In this document: piece after piece, positions 12,010-25,439 of the stretch | How the letters are laid out: every line of letters starts with the position of its first letter | Position numbering within the stretch: the stretch's first letter is position 1 | NCBI GenBank assembly: GCA_034780895.1 | Contig: JAUZTB010000077.1 | Coordinates: 85,782-149,781 of the forward strand | Origin: Rhynchobatus australiae | Lineage: Eukaryota | Length of the DNA stretch: 64,000 nt | Direction: 5' to 3' | Made by a program: the position numbers and the translations under genes | Notes under the pieces: model-generated | Database searches by the model: none | Told to the model about the DNA's origin: nothing | What the model saw: only the letters and a program-made list of their open reading frames with translations

Positions 12010-13369
12010 ATCATTAAATGATAAACCAGAGTGGGACTGAGAACGGGGCTGTGAGTCTGCTGATCAGGACATTGCAACAAGTATTCAGACAGGTCAATAC
12101 CACACAGAACACTATCACCATAACGATTAGCCCCGCTGCTCCTTGTAACAGGACCACGACCCCCTAGCAGCCATCCCCACCATTCCGTCCCTCCTTGAAA
12201 TCGCTGTCTGAAGCTTTCTACCTGCTTCTGAATATCCTGAATGGCATGGGAGTTGTTGTAGGACTCAAACTCTTACATTAGTGATGCACTTCCCCCTACT
12301 ATGGCGCACACTCCCCCTTTCTGGGCCAGCTGGTAGTCCACAGCATACCGGGTCTGATGGGCATACAGTCGGAGCTCTGCCGCTTCCTGGTTTACTTACG
12401 TCAGGGCCTTCACAGTGCTGTTTCCCAGTGCGGCCAGTCCGCAGATAAGGTAGTTCCGGTTCTTCGCAGTTATGGTTCCTGTCGAACCCCTCAGAGAGAG
12501 AGTACTCAGGAATCCAAAGCCCAACGACGCTAAGGGGAACCCCAAGGACATGGGATACCTCCACTCATCACAGAACTCCTCACCAACTGACCACACCACA
12601 AGCCTCCATCGGACATGAGCCCTCTGCGGGCAGGGGACTGTGACTGGCCCAATCATTCCCATCGCAAAACAGGCTGGCAGAGTGGGGGTGGCAGTGGTGT
12701 ATGTGCCGTTAACGAGGATCACATACTCTTCCTTGGCCCCGTTGCAAGTTACCCGACCCGGCTGCCGTGGACTGGGCACTGGGGAGTACCAAGAGATTCC
12801 TGCAAAATCTTTCCCACACTCCCGTAGGTAATTCTCCCTGGTGAGCCATTCTAAAGAGACATTAGACACTCTTACATGGGTCCCGTTCCCTTCCCCACAA
12901 ACCCATCGCTCTCCCGCAAGTAACGCAACACACCTAGTGGCAGCGCACTCACACCTAAACCATCTGCCCTTAAACCTGCAGTCCCTCTCTGTGCAAGTAG
13001 TGGTGGCACATGCAGTACAATCGCTATCCCGCAACCCCATCCTTTGCCGGTGAAGCAGCGGGAGAAGGACGGGTGGTGGGTTCTACTACTAGGACCTGTT
13101 ACTGTTCCTAGCAAGCATTTACCCTGTAGCACCCTCCTGTAAGTTCCTGTCTGCCCAACACACTTTGCTTTTGAGAATTCATACTTTAAGAGGGCCCTGG
13201 GGCTCCAGCTTGGGGTGGCTACAAAAAGACCGTCCACTGACTCTGCCAAGGGGTAACAGACAGTGCGATTCCCATGTAACTACGGATGTACTTTGTAAAA
13301 CAAATTATCCTCTATTGCCCGCATGAAGTCAATAACAACTGTGAGAAGTCTGTTTTTGATAAGTATCAT
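12010..13369 (-). mobile_element. env: Degenerate ERV env (SU + TM)
   Basis: ATG overlaps the pol stop (ATGA). MILIK...NLFYKVHP*LHGNRTVCYP; fusion-peptide-like LGFPLASLGFGFLSTL; heptad NYLICGLAALGNSTVKAL; ISD-like LYAHQTRYAVDYQLAQKGGVCAIVG.KCI; WWGWL then hydrophobic anchor. Contains stops and frameshifts. Confidence 0.8.
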
Positions 13370-14250
13370 CTTCCCCCAGGTGGCCACCGTTTACAGTCAC
13401 TTAGGTGAATCCAGCGTTCCTGGCCTTTCACTTTCACCGCTGTCGGGGTCTGGAGTAGTATGTGGAAGGGCCCTTTCCACCGAGGACCTAGTTTAGGGAG
13501 CTCCCAATCTCCTACCAGCACCGAGTCCCCAATTTCCAGGTCAGGCAGATCCGCGCTCTGTTCTCCAGTTGGCTTGAAGGCTCTCTCCACCTGTGAATGA
13601 AGGAACTTTAAAGAAGATGTAAGTTGCCTGAAATACTTCTGTACCTCGTCCCCCATGACATTAAGGTCCACCTGTGTGGGGGGCTGAGTGTCAACGTCCC
13701 ATGGGGTTCTTCCTGGATGCCCATAGACCATTTCAGCAGCTGATATCCCAGTGGCCGAGTGGGGGGTGATTCTCATGTGGTATAATGCCAAAGGGAGAAC
13801 CTTTAGCCAGTTCAGCCCCGTCTCTGATGTTAGTTTGTTCTTAAGGGTGCCGTTAGCTCTCTCTACTATCCCTGCTGCATGAGGGTGGTGGGTGCAGTGG
13901 AACCGCTGCTCGATATGCAGTGCCTCACACAATTCTTTGTTTATTTTTCCTATGAAGTGGGGGTCATTGTAGGAACTTATTTTTTGTGGCACTCCGAACC
14001 TGGGTATGATTTCCGTGAGCAATAGCTTTACTACTGTTGAGGCCTTATTGTTAGTGGTCGGGAAGGCTCCAATCCACCTGCTAAATATGTCGACAATAAC
14101 GAGACAGCACTTGTAACAATTTACACGTGGTAATTCAATAAAGTCAAGTTGTATACATTCGAAAGGACCTTCTGGCAAGGGAGTTTTGCCTGGGGTACAC
14201 CTCACCCCTTTCCCAGTGTTGGTTTGTTGACATATCAAGCATGACCGTAT
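13366..14250 (-). mobile_element. pol: ERV pol integrase (class I, gamma/epsilon-like), cut off by assembly gap
   Basis: GPFECIQLDFIELP, LVIVDIFSRW, EIIPRFGVP, AAGIVERANGTLK, GPRWKGPFHILLQTPTAVKV..WIHLSDCK. Confidence 0.92.
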
Positions 14251-14904
14251 TTTNNNNNNNNNNNNNNNNNNNNNNNNNNNNNNNNNNNNNNNNNNNNNNN
14301 NNNNNNNNNNNNNNNNNNNNNNNNNNNNNNNNNNNNNNNNNNNNNNNNNNNNNCCTATACAAATCCCTTCATTTATGCAGGAACTCAGAAAAAAAAATCA
14401 GAGAGGAATTAAAGAGTGGGGCAAAATATCCACTGAATCTAATTGTTATTTTAACTAAATTCTACTAACTTCCCTCTATTTACTCGCCTCGTAATGAATA
14501 AGTACAATTGATTTGGATGCTGTCTTCATTTCCAGACATGCAGTGAATCAATTTAACGTCTTCCGCTTTCCGTAAATTCACAGCTAGAGGACGAACACGG
14601 AACATGCAACGCGGGGACCTGATTATTTAAAGGATAAAGTCACCGTGGCTGATTTCCGAATGACATATCCCATGCCTCTTGCCCCACATAGAAGAATAGA
14701 AGTTGAGGCAAGTGTTGAACACTCAGCCACTCGAACCCTATCCGTCAGGCAGCACAATGATTGATATCATTGTAAGCACCATATCTCCGTCTTCCCGTGC
14801 TCGCATGCGCCCGTTGCTCATCGATCATCCATCGAGCTGCATCTTCGTTGTTTTAAATACTATTCATTCACAGTTAATTCAAGGAGAACCTCTAGCGATA
14901 AACA

Positions 14905-15180
14905 AAGGAGACACAGGCGTCTTCAGATGCTGGAACCTGGAGCAACAAACAAGGCACTGGAGGATTTCAGCGGGACAAAAAGTATCTGTTGGAGGAAAAA
15001 ATTTGTGGAGGTTTCGGGTCGAAAACCTGACCCAGGACTGAGACTGGAGAGGCGACATGGTGAGCATAAAGAAGAGAAGAGGATTGTCGAGAAAGATTCC
15101 CAGCTGATTGGTGACAGAGGACGAGTACAAAATGACAGGCATGTTATGCCAGGTAGCGGAGGTGAGTGGGGTTGGTTGGA
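14905..15180 (+). repeat. Penelope-like terminal repeat copy
   Basis: Similar to 1405-1540, continuing into purine-rich sequence. Confidence 0.5.
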
Positions 15181-16210
15181 AGACTACTTGTCTTTTTGTA
15201 TGCCTTTATCTGTCTTTCACCTGCCACAATATGTCGGCAATATCTTGGTATTCTCCTTTCATCTGTAATCAACGGCTAGTAAGCCACTAAGAAACAAAAC
15301 CGGTATCATCCTAGACACCGGATATGACTGTGCTCTGAATTTCGCAAAGTCTTCCAAAAGAAACATCTGTTTTCACGATCAAGTACAAAGTGAAATTTTA
15401 TACAGGTATATTCCAGTGAGACTGCTCTTTCAAGGAAAAAAATAGAACTGATTTTAGAAGAAGTGCGCCCTAAGGATTCATATTTACATATGAAGTGGGG
15501 GAAAAGGGGGCTGATGTGCTTTTGGTGAATACGGACGGACCTAAATATATGTGGCAGCCTTAGCAATAACTTGCAAAATTCCTTTGTATAAAGGGCATAA
15601 AATTTAGTCAGGTCCGGTTTATTATCATGTGCACAAGTATAGCGAGGTGAAGTNNNNNNNNNNNNNNNNNNNNNNNNNNNNNNNNNNNNNNNNNNNNNNN
15701 NNNNNNNNNNNNNNNNNNNNNNNNNNNNNNNNNNNNNNNNNNNNNNNNNNNNNNNNNNNNNNNNNNNNNNNNNNNNNNNNNNNNNNNNNNNNNNNNNNNN
15801 NNNNNNNNNTGAACGATAATATTAGAGAAATGTCCACGATGGTGCAAGAGATCGTCTGTGGTGTTCCGTTGCTGAGGAAGGTTGGGTTTCTGCGGTTGGG
15901 TTGAAAAACCTGATTTTTGCAGGAAAGTTCCTGAACAGTGGTGTTTAATGATTGTCTTCAGATGTTTCGAACCGTTCAACTTACTTAATTCCCAGAAGTA
16001 TATCATATTTTATTTCTGAGCTGATTCAAAATGTGCTGTCCGTCCCGTGAGCCTTAAAATGTTGCATGTGGTTTTGCAGCTTCCTGTTTTTTATTTATTT
16101 CCCTAAATAGTTCGAAATAAAGCAAGAGAGGGGAGATGGGGGGAGGAGGAGAGAGAAAGACAGACAGATACATTGGTTGATAAATAGATAGAGAGATAGA
16201 TATAAACGTA

Positions 16211-16212
<2 letters not shown>

Positions 16213-16241
<29 letters not shown>
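16213..16241. repeat. (GA)n microsatellite
   Basis: Directly visible. Confidence 0.9.
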
Positions 16242-16246
<5 letters not shown>

Positions 16247-16419
16247 TGAATTGGAAGTGTAGTTTCAAGACTGTTCCGCGTTTGGAATGGAATGTCAAAG
16301 TATATTTATGAAAGAGTAGTTTTATTTTCTAACAAGCCAATTTTTTTGGTAAATGCCCTTTAAACTTCTGTTGATTTTCCCATTGGTCAGCTATGTTAGG
16401 CATAATTTTCAGCAAGCAG

Positions 16420-16851
16420 TTCTTTCTTTCTTTTTCAATCTTTTTATTGAATTTCAAATTAATTCAAATTAATATACATAACATCAATGATTATACATAT
16501 TGTGCGAAGAGATTGAGATAACAATAATAACAGTTATATATACTCACAAGGAGCAAATAAATAATCTGGACCCCCCGCTCTCTTGCCAAGTGAGCATTGT
16601 ACAAAAATAGAAAAGAAATGTAATTGCATGAAAAGAGAACCCCCAAATAAAAAAAAGAATAATAATGAAAAAATACAAACCAAACACTTCAAAAACTGGA
16701 CTGATATTTCTTCGGTGAAAAGTAAAACATTATTATGTCGTTAGCTCCGCTCCTCTATATTCAAAGGTTAATGAAATGGATACAAAAAAGGTCAACTTCG
16801 ATCATACGAAAACACTCAATAAATGGACTACAAAATTCCTCAAATTTAAAA
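16420..16851 (-). mobile_element. L1-like LINE 3' end (ORF2 C-terminus, 3' UTR, A-rich tail)
   Basis: FKFEEFCSPFIECF resembles the KFxxxWxPFI end of L1 ORF2. AATAAA and A-rich tail at ~16420-16450. Abuts a gap. Confidence 0.55.
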
Positions 16852-18169
16852 NNNNNNNNNNNNNNNNNNNNNNNNNNNNNNNNNNNNNNNNNNNNNNNNN
16901 NNNNNNNNNNNNNNNNNNNNNNNNNNNNNNNNNNNNNNNNNNNNNNNNNNNGTCAGCGTCCTCTTTGAAGGAGGAAATAGTTTGATGGCAATTCAGTAAA
17001 AGTTTACTGAGCTGATTCGGAGTCTTCGGAATAAATGTTGAGAATATGAGTTTGTACGAATTGAAACTCAGAACGTAAAGCAATCATCTTGAAATATATA
17101 CACACACACTCACATGTCACAGCAGATGCATTAACTCTACAATATATACTGCAATACACAGATACACACGCATGTCGCTTCCGCCTAATTATCGAGAATG
17201 TTTGGTCTTTGTTCGCTGAGATCTATATACTTCCCTGCTTCAACAAAATATTATTCCTCATTATGTTACGGTCTCCTCCGTATCAGTCAAGTCAAATGTG
17301 AACATGGGTCGCCCAATATTCCGTTTATATCTTTGTAAGACGTGATTAGTGTAACATTCTTTCGTGATCTGTGCTTTTTTTGTATTTTACGGTTCAATTG
17401 CATGAAAGAATACGATATTCATATGAAAACGGTAGCTTCCAACTGACACTGCAACATCATCTAAATTCAATAAATCCATTTATTATGCTCCTGTAGATGA
17501 ACTGAGCTGAACTGAGAGAGCACATTTGCAACCATCACTCTCATTCCAAAATCGCCACAGGAAGTATTTGAGAAAAATTGCACAGGAAGTCTGGGATACA
17601 CACTCTAACAGTGCACATAGCGGGAGGCAGCGTGGATTGGGAACAACACCTAAAAGATTGTTTTTTTGACGATTCGTACTCAAGGTAACTTCACCACCTG
17701 CCTGCCATATTAATTCGGCGGACATCCGGACAGTGAACATTCATGGCTGGTGTAAAATGTGCAAACAATCCCACCGTAACAGTACTCTCACATTGACATT
17801 GAAGTCAGATCATCCCTTTCCCAATGAAAACTGCCACAACTGAAAGGAATCACCCGTCTGTCTGCGAACGGTGGAGACAACCGCAATATTCCTAAAACAA
17901 AGCGAAGTGCATTGCTTCTCTGCTGATTTCCCTGATCAGGATCAGTGAGACAGAGAAAGAGGTTAGGGACCTTGTCGGATGTCTTGCTGTATTTATATTG
18001 AACCAGTGTTGCCATGTATTGTTCGGATTGGTTTGACGACCGTTGGCGTGTGACGAGTGTTGGTCAGTGTTCGCTTTGGATTGTCAGCTGGCGTCGGTCA
18101 CTCTGATGCAGACTAAAGTGTTGCGATTGCAGGGAATGTGCAGCGCAGGCAGACAACGTGGTTCAAGAC

Positions 18170-21050
18170 CATAACAATATAGATTGTGAGATCAAGAGTT
18201 CAACTTGTTGCACAAGAGTCCGATTGGACACAGCGATGTGAAGTTGTTCTTGAATCCGCTGGTAGGTGCTTTCAGGCGTTTGTATTTTCTGCCCAATCGG
18301 TTGAGGAATACAAGAGTTCCTGGTTTTGGAGGGGCATTACGGTGGCAGCGAGGTGCATAGAACATGGAATTGTGGCTGGCTTTCGTGAATTGGTTAACTG
18401 TGTCCGCAACTCTGCAGTTCCTTGCGGTTTCGGATACTGCTGCCATCCCAACACATGGTGCATCGGGATAGGATGCTTTCTGTGGTGCATCTGTAAAGAT
18501 TGGTAACGGTCAATGGAACAAGCTGAATTTTCTTAGCCTCCTGAGGAAGTAAAGGCGCCGGTCATGGCGTTCACGTGGTTGAAGCAACACAGGTTCTTGG
18601 AGATGTTTACTTCCCAGAAATTGAATTAGTCAGCCATCTCGACATCAGCACTATTGATTAAATAGGAGTGGGGGCACCGGACCCACTTCCTCAAGGCAAT
18701 GATAGGTTTTATTGTCTTGCTGCTATTCCAAAGAAGGTGGTTTTCATAACGCCTACCAGTAAGCTTCATATCTTTCATTCCGACTCATCAATATTTGAAA
18801 TTCGGCCCTTCACCGTGTTGTTGTCTGCAAGCTTGTAGACGAAGTTAGAACAGAATCTGGCCACACAGTCGTGAGTGTAGAGCGAGTAAAGTACAGGCCG
18901 AGAACGCAGCCTTTTGCGGCACCAGTGTTTTAACAATCGTGGCGAAGGAGTTCCTGCCTCTCATTAATCATTGCTGTCTGTTAGTCAGGAACTCAAAGAT
19001 ACAATTGCAAAGGAAGATGTTGTGTCCCAGGTTAAGAAGTTTGGAGATGACTTTGCATGAAATCATGAAATTGAAGTCGGATCTGTAGTCAATAAATAGT
19101 ATTCCGACATAGGTGTCCGTATTATCCAGATGCTACACAGATGAGTGAAGGGCCAGAAACACGTCGTCCGCCGTGGACCTGTTTCTGTGGTCGGAGAAGG
19201 CGAATTGAAGTGGGTCGAAGTTGCCTTAGATGCAGGAATTAATGTATGCCATGATAGGCCTCTCGATGGGACAATGCCAGGACCAATTCGAGGCCCAGAC
19301 CAGACATCAGTTGCGGCAGGACTTCCATGCCATAATGGGCAACATTACGGACCAGCATCCCTTGCCAATGAGAACGGATTGACATGAGTATTAAATCCAC
19401 GCTGATGGATATCAGACCACTTAGCGAAAGTCATTCAGGCACGTTATATTGTTTTTTTTTGGTATAGATATGATATTGGTCTACCTAAAGCAGGTGGGAA
19501 CCTCAGAATGAAGTGGACAGAGGTGAAAATATTTACAAATATCGCCGTCAACTTATCTGCGTAGTATCGAAGGACATGGCCATGGACCATATTCGACAGA
19601 TGGTTAACTGAAGTCCCTTCTCTCTGTGATTGACACGCTGCTGATGTGTACAACAGTAATTATGGATTAGCTGCCTTGGAGTCTGTTGAGGCTAATAGTG
19701 ACAACCCTTTGCCATTCTGTTCAAATCGAACAAACAATCCGTTCTCATTGGCAAGGGATGCTGGTCCACTTCGTAATGTTGCCCATTATGGCATGGAAGT
19801 CCTGCCGCAACTGATGTCTGGTCTGGGCCTCGAATTGGTCCTGGCATTGTCCTTTGACATACCCATCTCAGCTTGCTGCTAATTCTTTTAACATGGACCA
19901 GTCTACCGTCTCAAGGCGGTCATGTGGAAGCTCATCTGTTAACTCAGATCAGCACTGGACAACTTCCTCCACTCGAACCTGACGTTTCAGTTTTCGTTTA
20001 TACGCAGAGAGAAAAGCGCATCCTGATGGGCTGATTTTCTATAATGTGGGGGGCAGATGGTTCGTTGGATGTCTCTGATGGCAGCACAGCCATAGTCAAG
20101 TGGACTTGGGCTCTTCGTGGGACAGGATATGTGCTGGTATATCTTGTTAGCACTCTCATTAAGTTTCCCTTGTTGAAGTCACCGGATGTAATGAACGGTG
20201 CCTAAGGCCGTTGATCGGGAAATGTAGTTCATTCAATTGATGTCCGCTTGGGGTGGAATGTATACTGCCGTCAGGGTAGTTGAAGTAAACTCCCATGGCA
20301 GATAAAGTGGGCTGCATTGAATCTTTAGATATTCCAAGTGAGGAGGAAATCGCCAGGGCGGTCACGNNNNNNNNNNCCGAGCACCACGTGGGATTGATTG
20401 GAAAACAGAGTTCTTACTTTCCCAGGGGACACTGTATTGTCCGTTGGGTGATTTGAGAAGTCCTCAGATTGTTTGATGCAGCCAAGTGAAACAGTACTGA
20501 GATACGTTTCGGTGATACAGAGCAAGAAATTTTCGCATAGATCTTTTGATAGGTCACTGCAGCGTTAAGTCCGTCTGCTTTATTTTTAATGTCCTGGATT
20601 TTTTCTAGAATCCTGGGGACTGAGTATTAAAACCGCACTCTTTTAATCTCACCGCAGGCCAGCTCATGCACCACGTTTCCGAAGTAGGTACCTGCTTCTG
20701 TTCGGTCCTGCGAGTATTAGTGTGCAGTTACTGGTACCATAAAGGGCGTCCAGTGGGGCCTCATATTCAGTTATGTCCTCTGGTGCTTGTGTGGTCTTCT
20801 TTTGGGTGGGTCCTCGTAATTCGGCAGCTTCAGGTCTGGTGGGTCTGGCCTCGATATGAGGTGGGGTGCTCCGGGGAATTGAGTCACAGGGTCGAGTTCT
20901 CCTGCGGGGTCTAGAGTCGGGACTCGGCGTCAGCGGCTCCCTGTGGTCGGTCCTTCACTCTGCTCAGCTTTCCACGTGGACGGAACCGTCCTCGGCCTCT
21001 TTCATTGTGTCCAATCGGGTCCAAGAGTAGGGTCAGCAGATCCAAAATGA
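18170..21050 (-). mobile_element. Long degenerate Rex1/Babar-type LINE
   Basis: Endonuclease motif LCITETYL (~20500), RT-region remnants (ADKLTAIFVNIF), and 3' GRKYKRLKAPTSGFKNNF. Confidence 0.75.
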
Positions 21051-22449
21051 AGGAAGTTCGCTAGATCTATGAGCAGATGTAAAATATCGTCAGTAATTCT
21101 TAACGTCATAAAATTCAGACGTCAGGTAACAGAATGCTCCTTCCCTCTGTTTAAAGCGCATAAAAAGAAGGCATCGTTCAAATAGAGTTACAGAGAATGT
21201 CTGGAACACTGTAGAGACTCTGCCTTCATGGCGTAAAATAGATTTTGTCCAATTCTTCCACTTCATGATTCCCCAGTATTGCATGTCCTACTCCAATCTG
21301 TGAAGGATTACGGGTGAAAGCGAGACGTCAATGCTGATATTTCCTGTTTGTCCACGACTGACTTCATGATAAGTGCTGATTAAACAATGAATAGGGGAAA
21401 TGGTTCCTGACGAGCTCACGGAAATTCAAACGGAAGCTGATAAAACAAATGAGAAATACACAATTAATATAACCAAAACATTTTGTTTCAGAAATGAACT
21501 TTTAAATGAGAGGGAAATGTTTGGCCAAATCACAAGATGTGGCATGCCAGATGCTCGGTGATTGGAGGTCGACAATGAAGAACAGCCAGTGAGTGAATGA
21601 ATGAATTAGTTTCACAGAGAGTGTAAAGGAGGTGTGCAGTGTTGCAAAATTCGTCATCATTTGATGCTTGTCTTTTGCGTATGTGTGATTGGCAGTATTT
21701 TGAATGAGTAGTTCGTTGACACAATAAAGTCATGAAAATTGTTTTCCGAGCAAATAAAATAAACATAGAAAGTTATTTGTGTGTTTGGGGTCAGACTTGG
21801 GGATACAGTCATCAGTAAGANNNNNNNNNNNNNNNNNNNNNNNNNNNNNNNNNNNNNNNNNNNNNNNNNNNNNNNNNNNNNNNNNNNNNNNNNNNNNNNN
21901 NNNNNNNNNNNNNNNNNNNNNNNNNNNNNAAATGTATACAAAAGCCTGAAGTAAATTAACAGGATATTAAAATAGTTTTTAAGAGAAAAGTAAAGGTTTT
22001 TCAAAAGTACAGTAAATGTAGATCAGTCTGTGTGCAAACTGCACACTGCAATTTCTTGTCAACTGGATTACTGTACGGATCATCACAGGCGGTGCTCAGA
22101 TTGTTGATGTTAGGAGCGTACGTGGATGCAATAAAACTTTCACTTTACATCTCATCCGACAGTGGCTGTGGCTTCCAGCATTAAACCTTCCATAAAGACA
22201 AGAGGTCAGCTAAACTACCCCCTCACAGGAAAGCCTATCGCTGTGACATTAAACTTACTTCATCGTACTAGCACATATGATACTACCATGGTACAATTGA
22301 TCGGTAATTAAAGGCGCCGGTGATTGTTGTAAAAAAATTGAACAGACAAATGTAAAAAAACATGTTTGTTCAAACAGTTTAATACAGAATAGAACTTTCG
22401 AAGTTTTCCACTGAAACTCTTTCCAAACAACATTAAATTATATCGCTTA

Positions 22450-22600
22450 CAATATCCCCCAAAGAGTTAAATCTGTTGCACAATGAAACTGTGAGTAAAA
22501 ATAGTTCACGCCAAGTGTTTGTTCAATGGCTTGGGGCTGATGGGACAGAGGCCTGCACTAATTAGCTCACTGCCGTTTCTCCTGGTGTATAACAGTTCCT
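22450..22600 (+). promoter_or_regulatory. Conserved promoter block of gene C
   Basis: TCCCCCAAAGAG, GAGTAAAAAT, CTAATTAG and GTATAACAG ~70 nt before the ATG, collinear with paralog promoters. Confidence 0.6.
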
Positions 22601-22661
22601 GAATCAGTGCATGTTTACAGCTTGAACGATTTGTACAATTGATCGTTGTTCAAGGTAGAAT

Positions 22662-22731
22662 ATGGGATATCCAGCAATTTACAATGTCGTCAGAATTTAT
22701 TATCCCGTACTAGCCGCGGTCGGTATTGCTG
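22662..22731 (+). pseudogene. GPCR gene C, exon 1 (MGYPAIYNVVRIYYPVLAAVGIA); exon itself intact
   Basis: 70 bp, ATG at 22662, donor G|GTAAGG. Confidence 0.85.
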
Positions 22732-23750
22732 GTAAGGTGCTGAAACTAACTGCCATTGGTGGGACTCCGTTTTTGTTTTAGACTTGTAGCATCGTGGACT
22801 CGCCGCATTTTGTTGTCTGGGTGTTCAGACTAGTGCATCATTTCAGACATTTGGCATTGCAAATAACACTGTGCTGTTATTTCAATTTAAAATGTAATGT
22901 ATGATACTTTACCGTTGTCGTTATATATGGAAATTTGAGTGAGGTTTCGGTATATCTACATATTTTAACATATAACTAATTTAAGCACATCAGGCAATTC
23001 TTTTTTGTTGTTGTTAACGCCGACGAATACCCGGATATTGAAGGTTTCTTGCAATGTCTACATCAGAAAGACTCCGCAGCGACATTACCCCCGCAGCGTT
23101 CGATTCAGCCCCAAACTATTGCCACCTATTTTTGACTCTCAATGTAAAGAGGTTGTTCTTCTGTTGCCATCCCAAGCTGAGAGAACTATAAATATTCCAT
23201 CACTCGCAAATCCTTGTCGTTAAAAAAAAACAATTTCGATTGTCTGGCAGAAGACTCGAAATGCGCCTTGTCAAACAGAGGAAATAAATACAGTTTCAGC
23301 AGTCTTTCAAACCATCGTACAATCACGTCCCAATCTTATCGTCATTCCGAAGTACCTCTGCTTTGAATGCTAACTCTGTGCCACCTTGATATTTATCATG
23401 TGGTGTTCCATCAACAAACATAATCTGTTGATTTGAGTCTTTGCTGACAGCGGACAAATCAAATAAATCCAATCAAAAATTATATTTTTGTCTTTAAAGA
23501 ATTAGTTTTGTTTATTATTTATCTGTAAAAATGCTCTTTCTTCTGAACATTTTGCTGCTTTTTCCGTATCACTGACGCCAGCATTCTCAACGCGACTTTC
23601 AGCTCTTTCTCCCTTCAGCAGTGGGGAGTATAATTTGGATTCAAGTACATCAGTCTTCGCATTTAGTGGATACCTCTTCACTACTTTTTCCATCTAACTC
23701 ATTAATTTGGGATCTTTTAAACTAACTTACTATTTTCTGATTTTACCCAG

Positions 23751-24771
23751 TTAATTCAACGGCGATTGTCATCCTGACCCGCGGAAACTGTGGGCTGTCC
23801 AAATGCGTCTCTCGGTACCTGGTGCCATGGCGGCAGCAGATCTGATGGTGGTTGTCGCTGGTGTTGTATTGGAACAGATCACACTTATCTATTTATTTGC
23901 TCCTTTCTTATTCACAACTCCTGTATGTTCTGTGATTCTTGTCCTGAGTGTCGCAACCATGGACTGTTCCGTTTGGTTGACGGTCGCTTTCACATTCGAT
24001 CGCTACATCGTCATCTGCTGTCAAAACCTACGGAAACGATATTGTACGGAGAGATTAGCGACGGTGGTGGTGGGGACAGTTTGTGCAGTGATTTATGGCA
24101 AGTCCATTCCTTGTTACTTTCAAGTAGATCCATCGCGCTGCGTCCCAAAAGCTGAATACTTTACTTCGCCTTTGTGGAGAGCCTTCGAGTTATTTGACAC
24201 CATCCTGACNNNNNNNNNNNNNNNNNNNNNNNNNNNNNNNNNNNNNNNNNNNNNNNNNNNNNNNNNNNNNNNNNNNNNNNNNNNNNNNNNNNNNNNNNNN
24301 NNNNNNNNNAATTCGCCTTTGTGGAGAGCCTTCGTGTTATTTGACACCATCCTGACTAAGATATTACCAATTTGTTTAATTTTGCTGTTCAATACGTTAA
24401 CTGTCAGACATATTATAGCAGCAAACAGAGTCCGCCAAGGACTCCGGAACAGCAGCGAGAATCAGAAGGACCTAGAGGTGGAGTGCCGGAGAAAGTCAAT
24501 GATTTTGTTGTTCGCTCTATCAGCAAATTTTATTTTACTATGGATGCCCATTGTTGTATATTCTATTAACTGGCAAGCTGAAAACTATTCCTACACAGAC
24601 AGATATTTCAGCACGCCGAAATATATCCTACAGCAGTGCGGGTATATGCTGGAGTTCCTCAGTACCTGCACCAACACGTGTATATATGGACTGACACAGA
24701 GGAAATTCAGGGAGGAGCTGAAGAATGGAGTGAAATATCTGTTTACCTTAAATGGAAGGTTCTGCAAATAA
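23751..24771 (+). pseudogene. GPCR gene C, exon 2: GPR139/142-like, one 1-bp frameshift (young pseudogene or assembly error)
   Basis: Acceptor ttttacccAG. Reads NSTAIVILTRGNCGLSKCVSRYLV, then GTG-CCATG (one G missing, ~23824). Remainder is open with DRY and CTNTCIY. The internal 100-N gap is flanked by a ~45-bp duplicated overlap. Confidence 0.8.
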
Positions 24772-25439
24772 AACTCAAATACGATTATCCCTTCGTTCAT
24801 CGCGGACGATTTTTCTGGCACACGAGGTTGCTGTTTCCAGAGGCTACTGCTGAATACATTAGTTTTATTCCAGGAAACTGATTCTGCACATGCGGGAACG
24901 GCGATACAGCATGAGATTAAAGTTTACTGTGAATGATAAACAAAAATTTTGCCGAATTTAGGATGTGAACTGCGATCCATATGAACTATACATTAAACAA
25001 CGCTGTCTCAATAAAGAAACTTAAATACAACTAGATTATCAAAAAGAAAACAATATCCTTGTCTGATCGTAAAATAGACCGTACAATTTTACCTCTCATA
25101 TTCCTTCTGTGTTCCAGCCTTCCAGACTCCATATCGTAATCTCCAACATTAGGCAACACGCCTTTTGTTCCCATATCTAATAGAAAAGACTACTTCCATC
25201 TCTCATTCATCTGTAATTTTAGCTTGGATTTATTTTGTGTCTGCATTGGTATGGCTCGTTTCTTGGTGTCATTTCCTGTTTTCATTTCCGACTTTGATCA
25301 TTTCCTTTTCTGTATTTTTTTTCCAGTCTGACTTCATTCTTCCCATTTATTTCTTTCTCTGTTTTCCTTTCTTTGATTCTTAATTTCCGCACCATGCGTT
25401 TATTCTCGCAGCACTGTCTGTTCTCGCTCCAATTCAGAT

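Noticed and set aside
22292-22646. Repeated GTACAATTGATCG near the gene C promoter
   Set aside because: Only two short copies, not seen in the paralog promoters.
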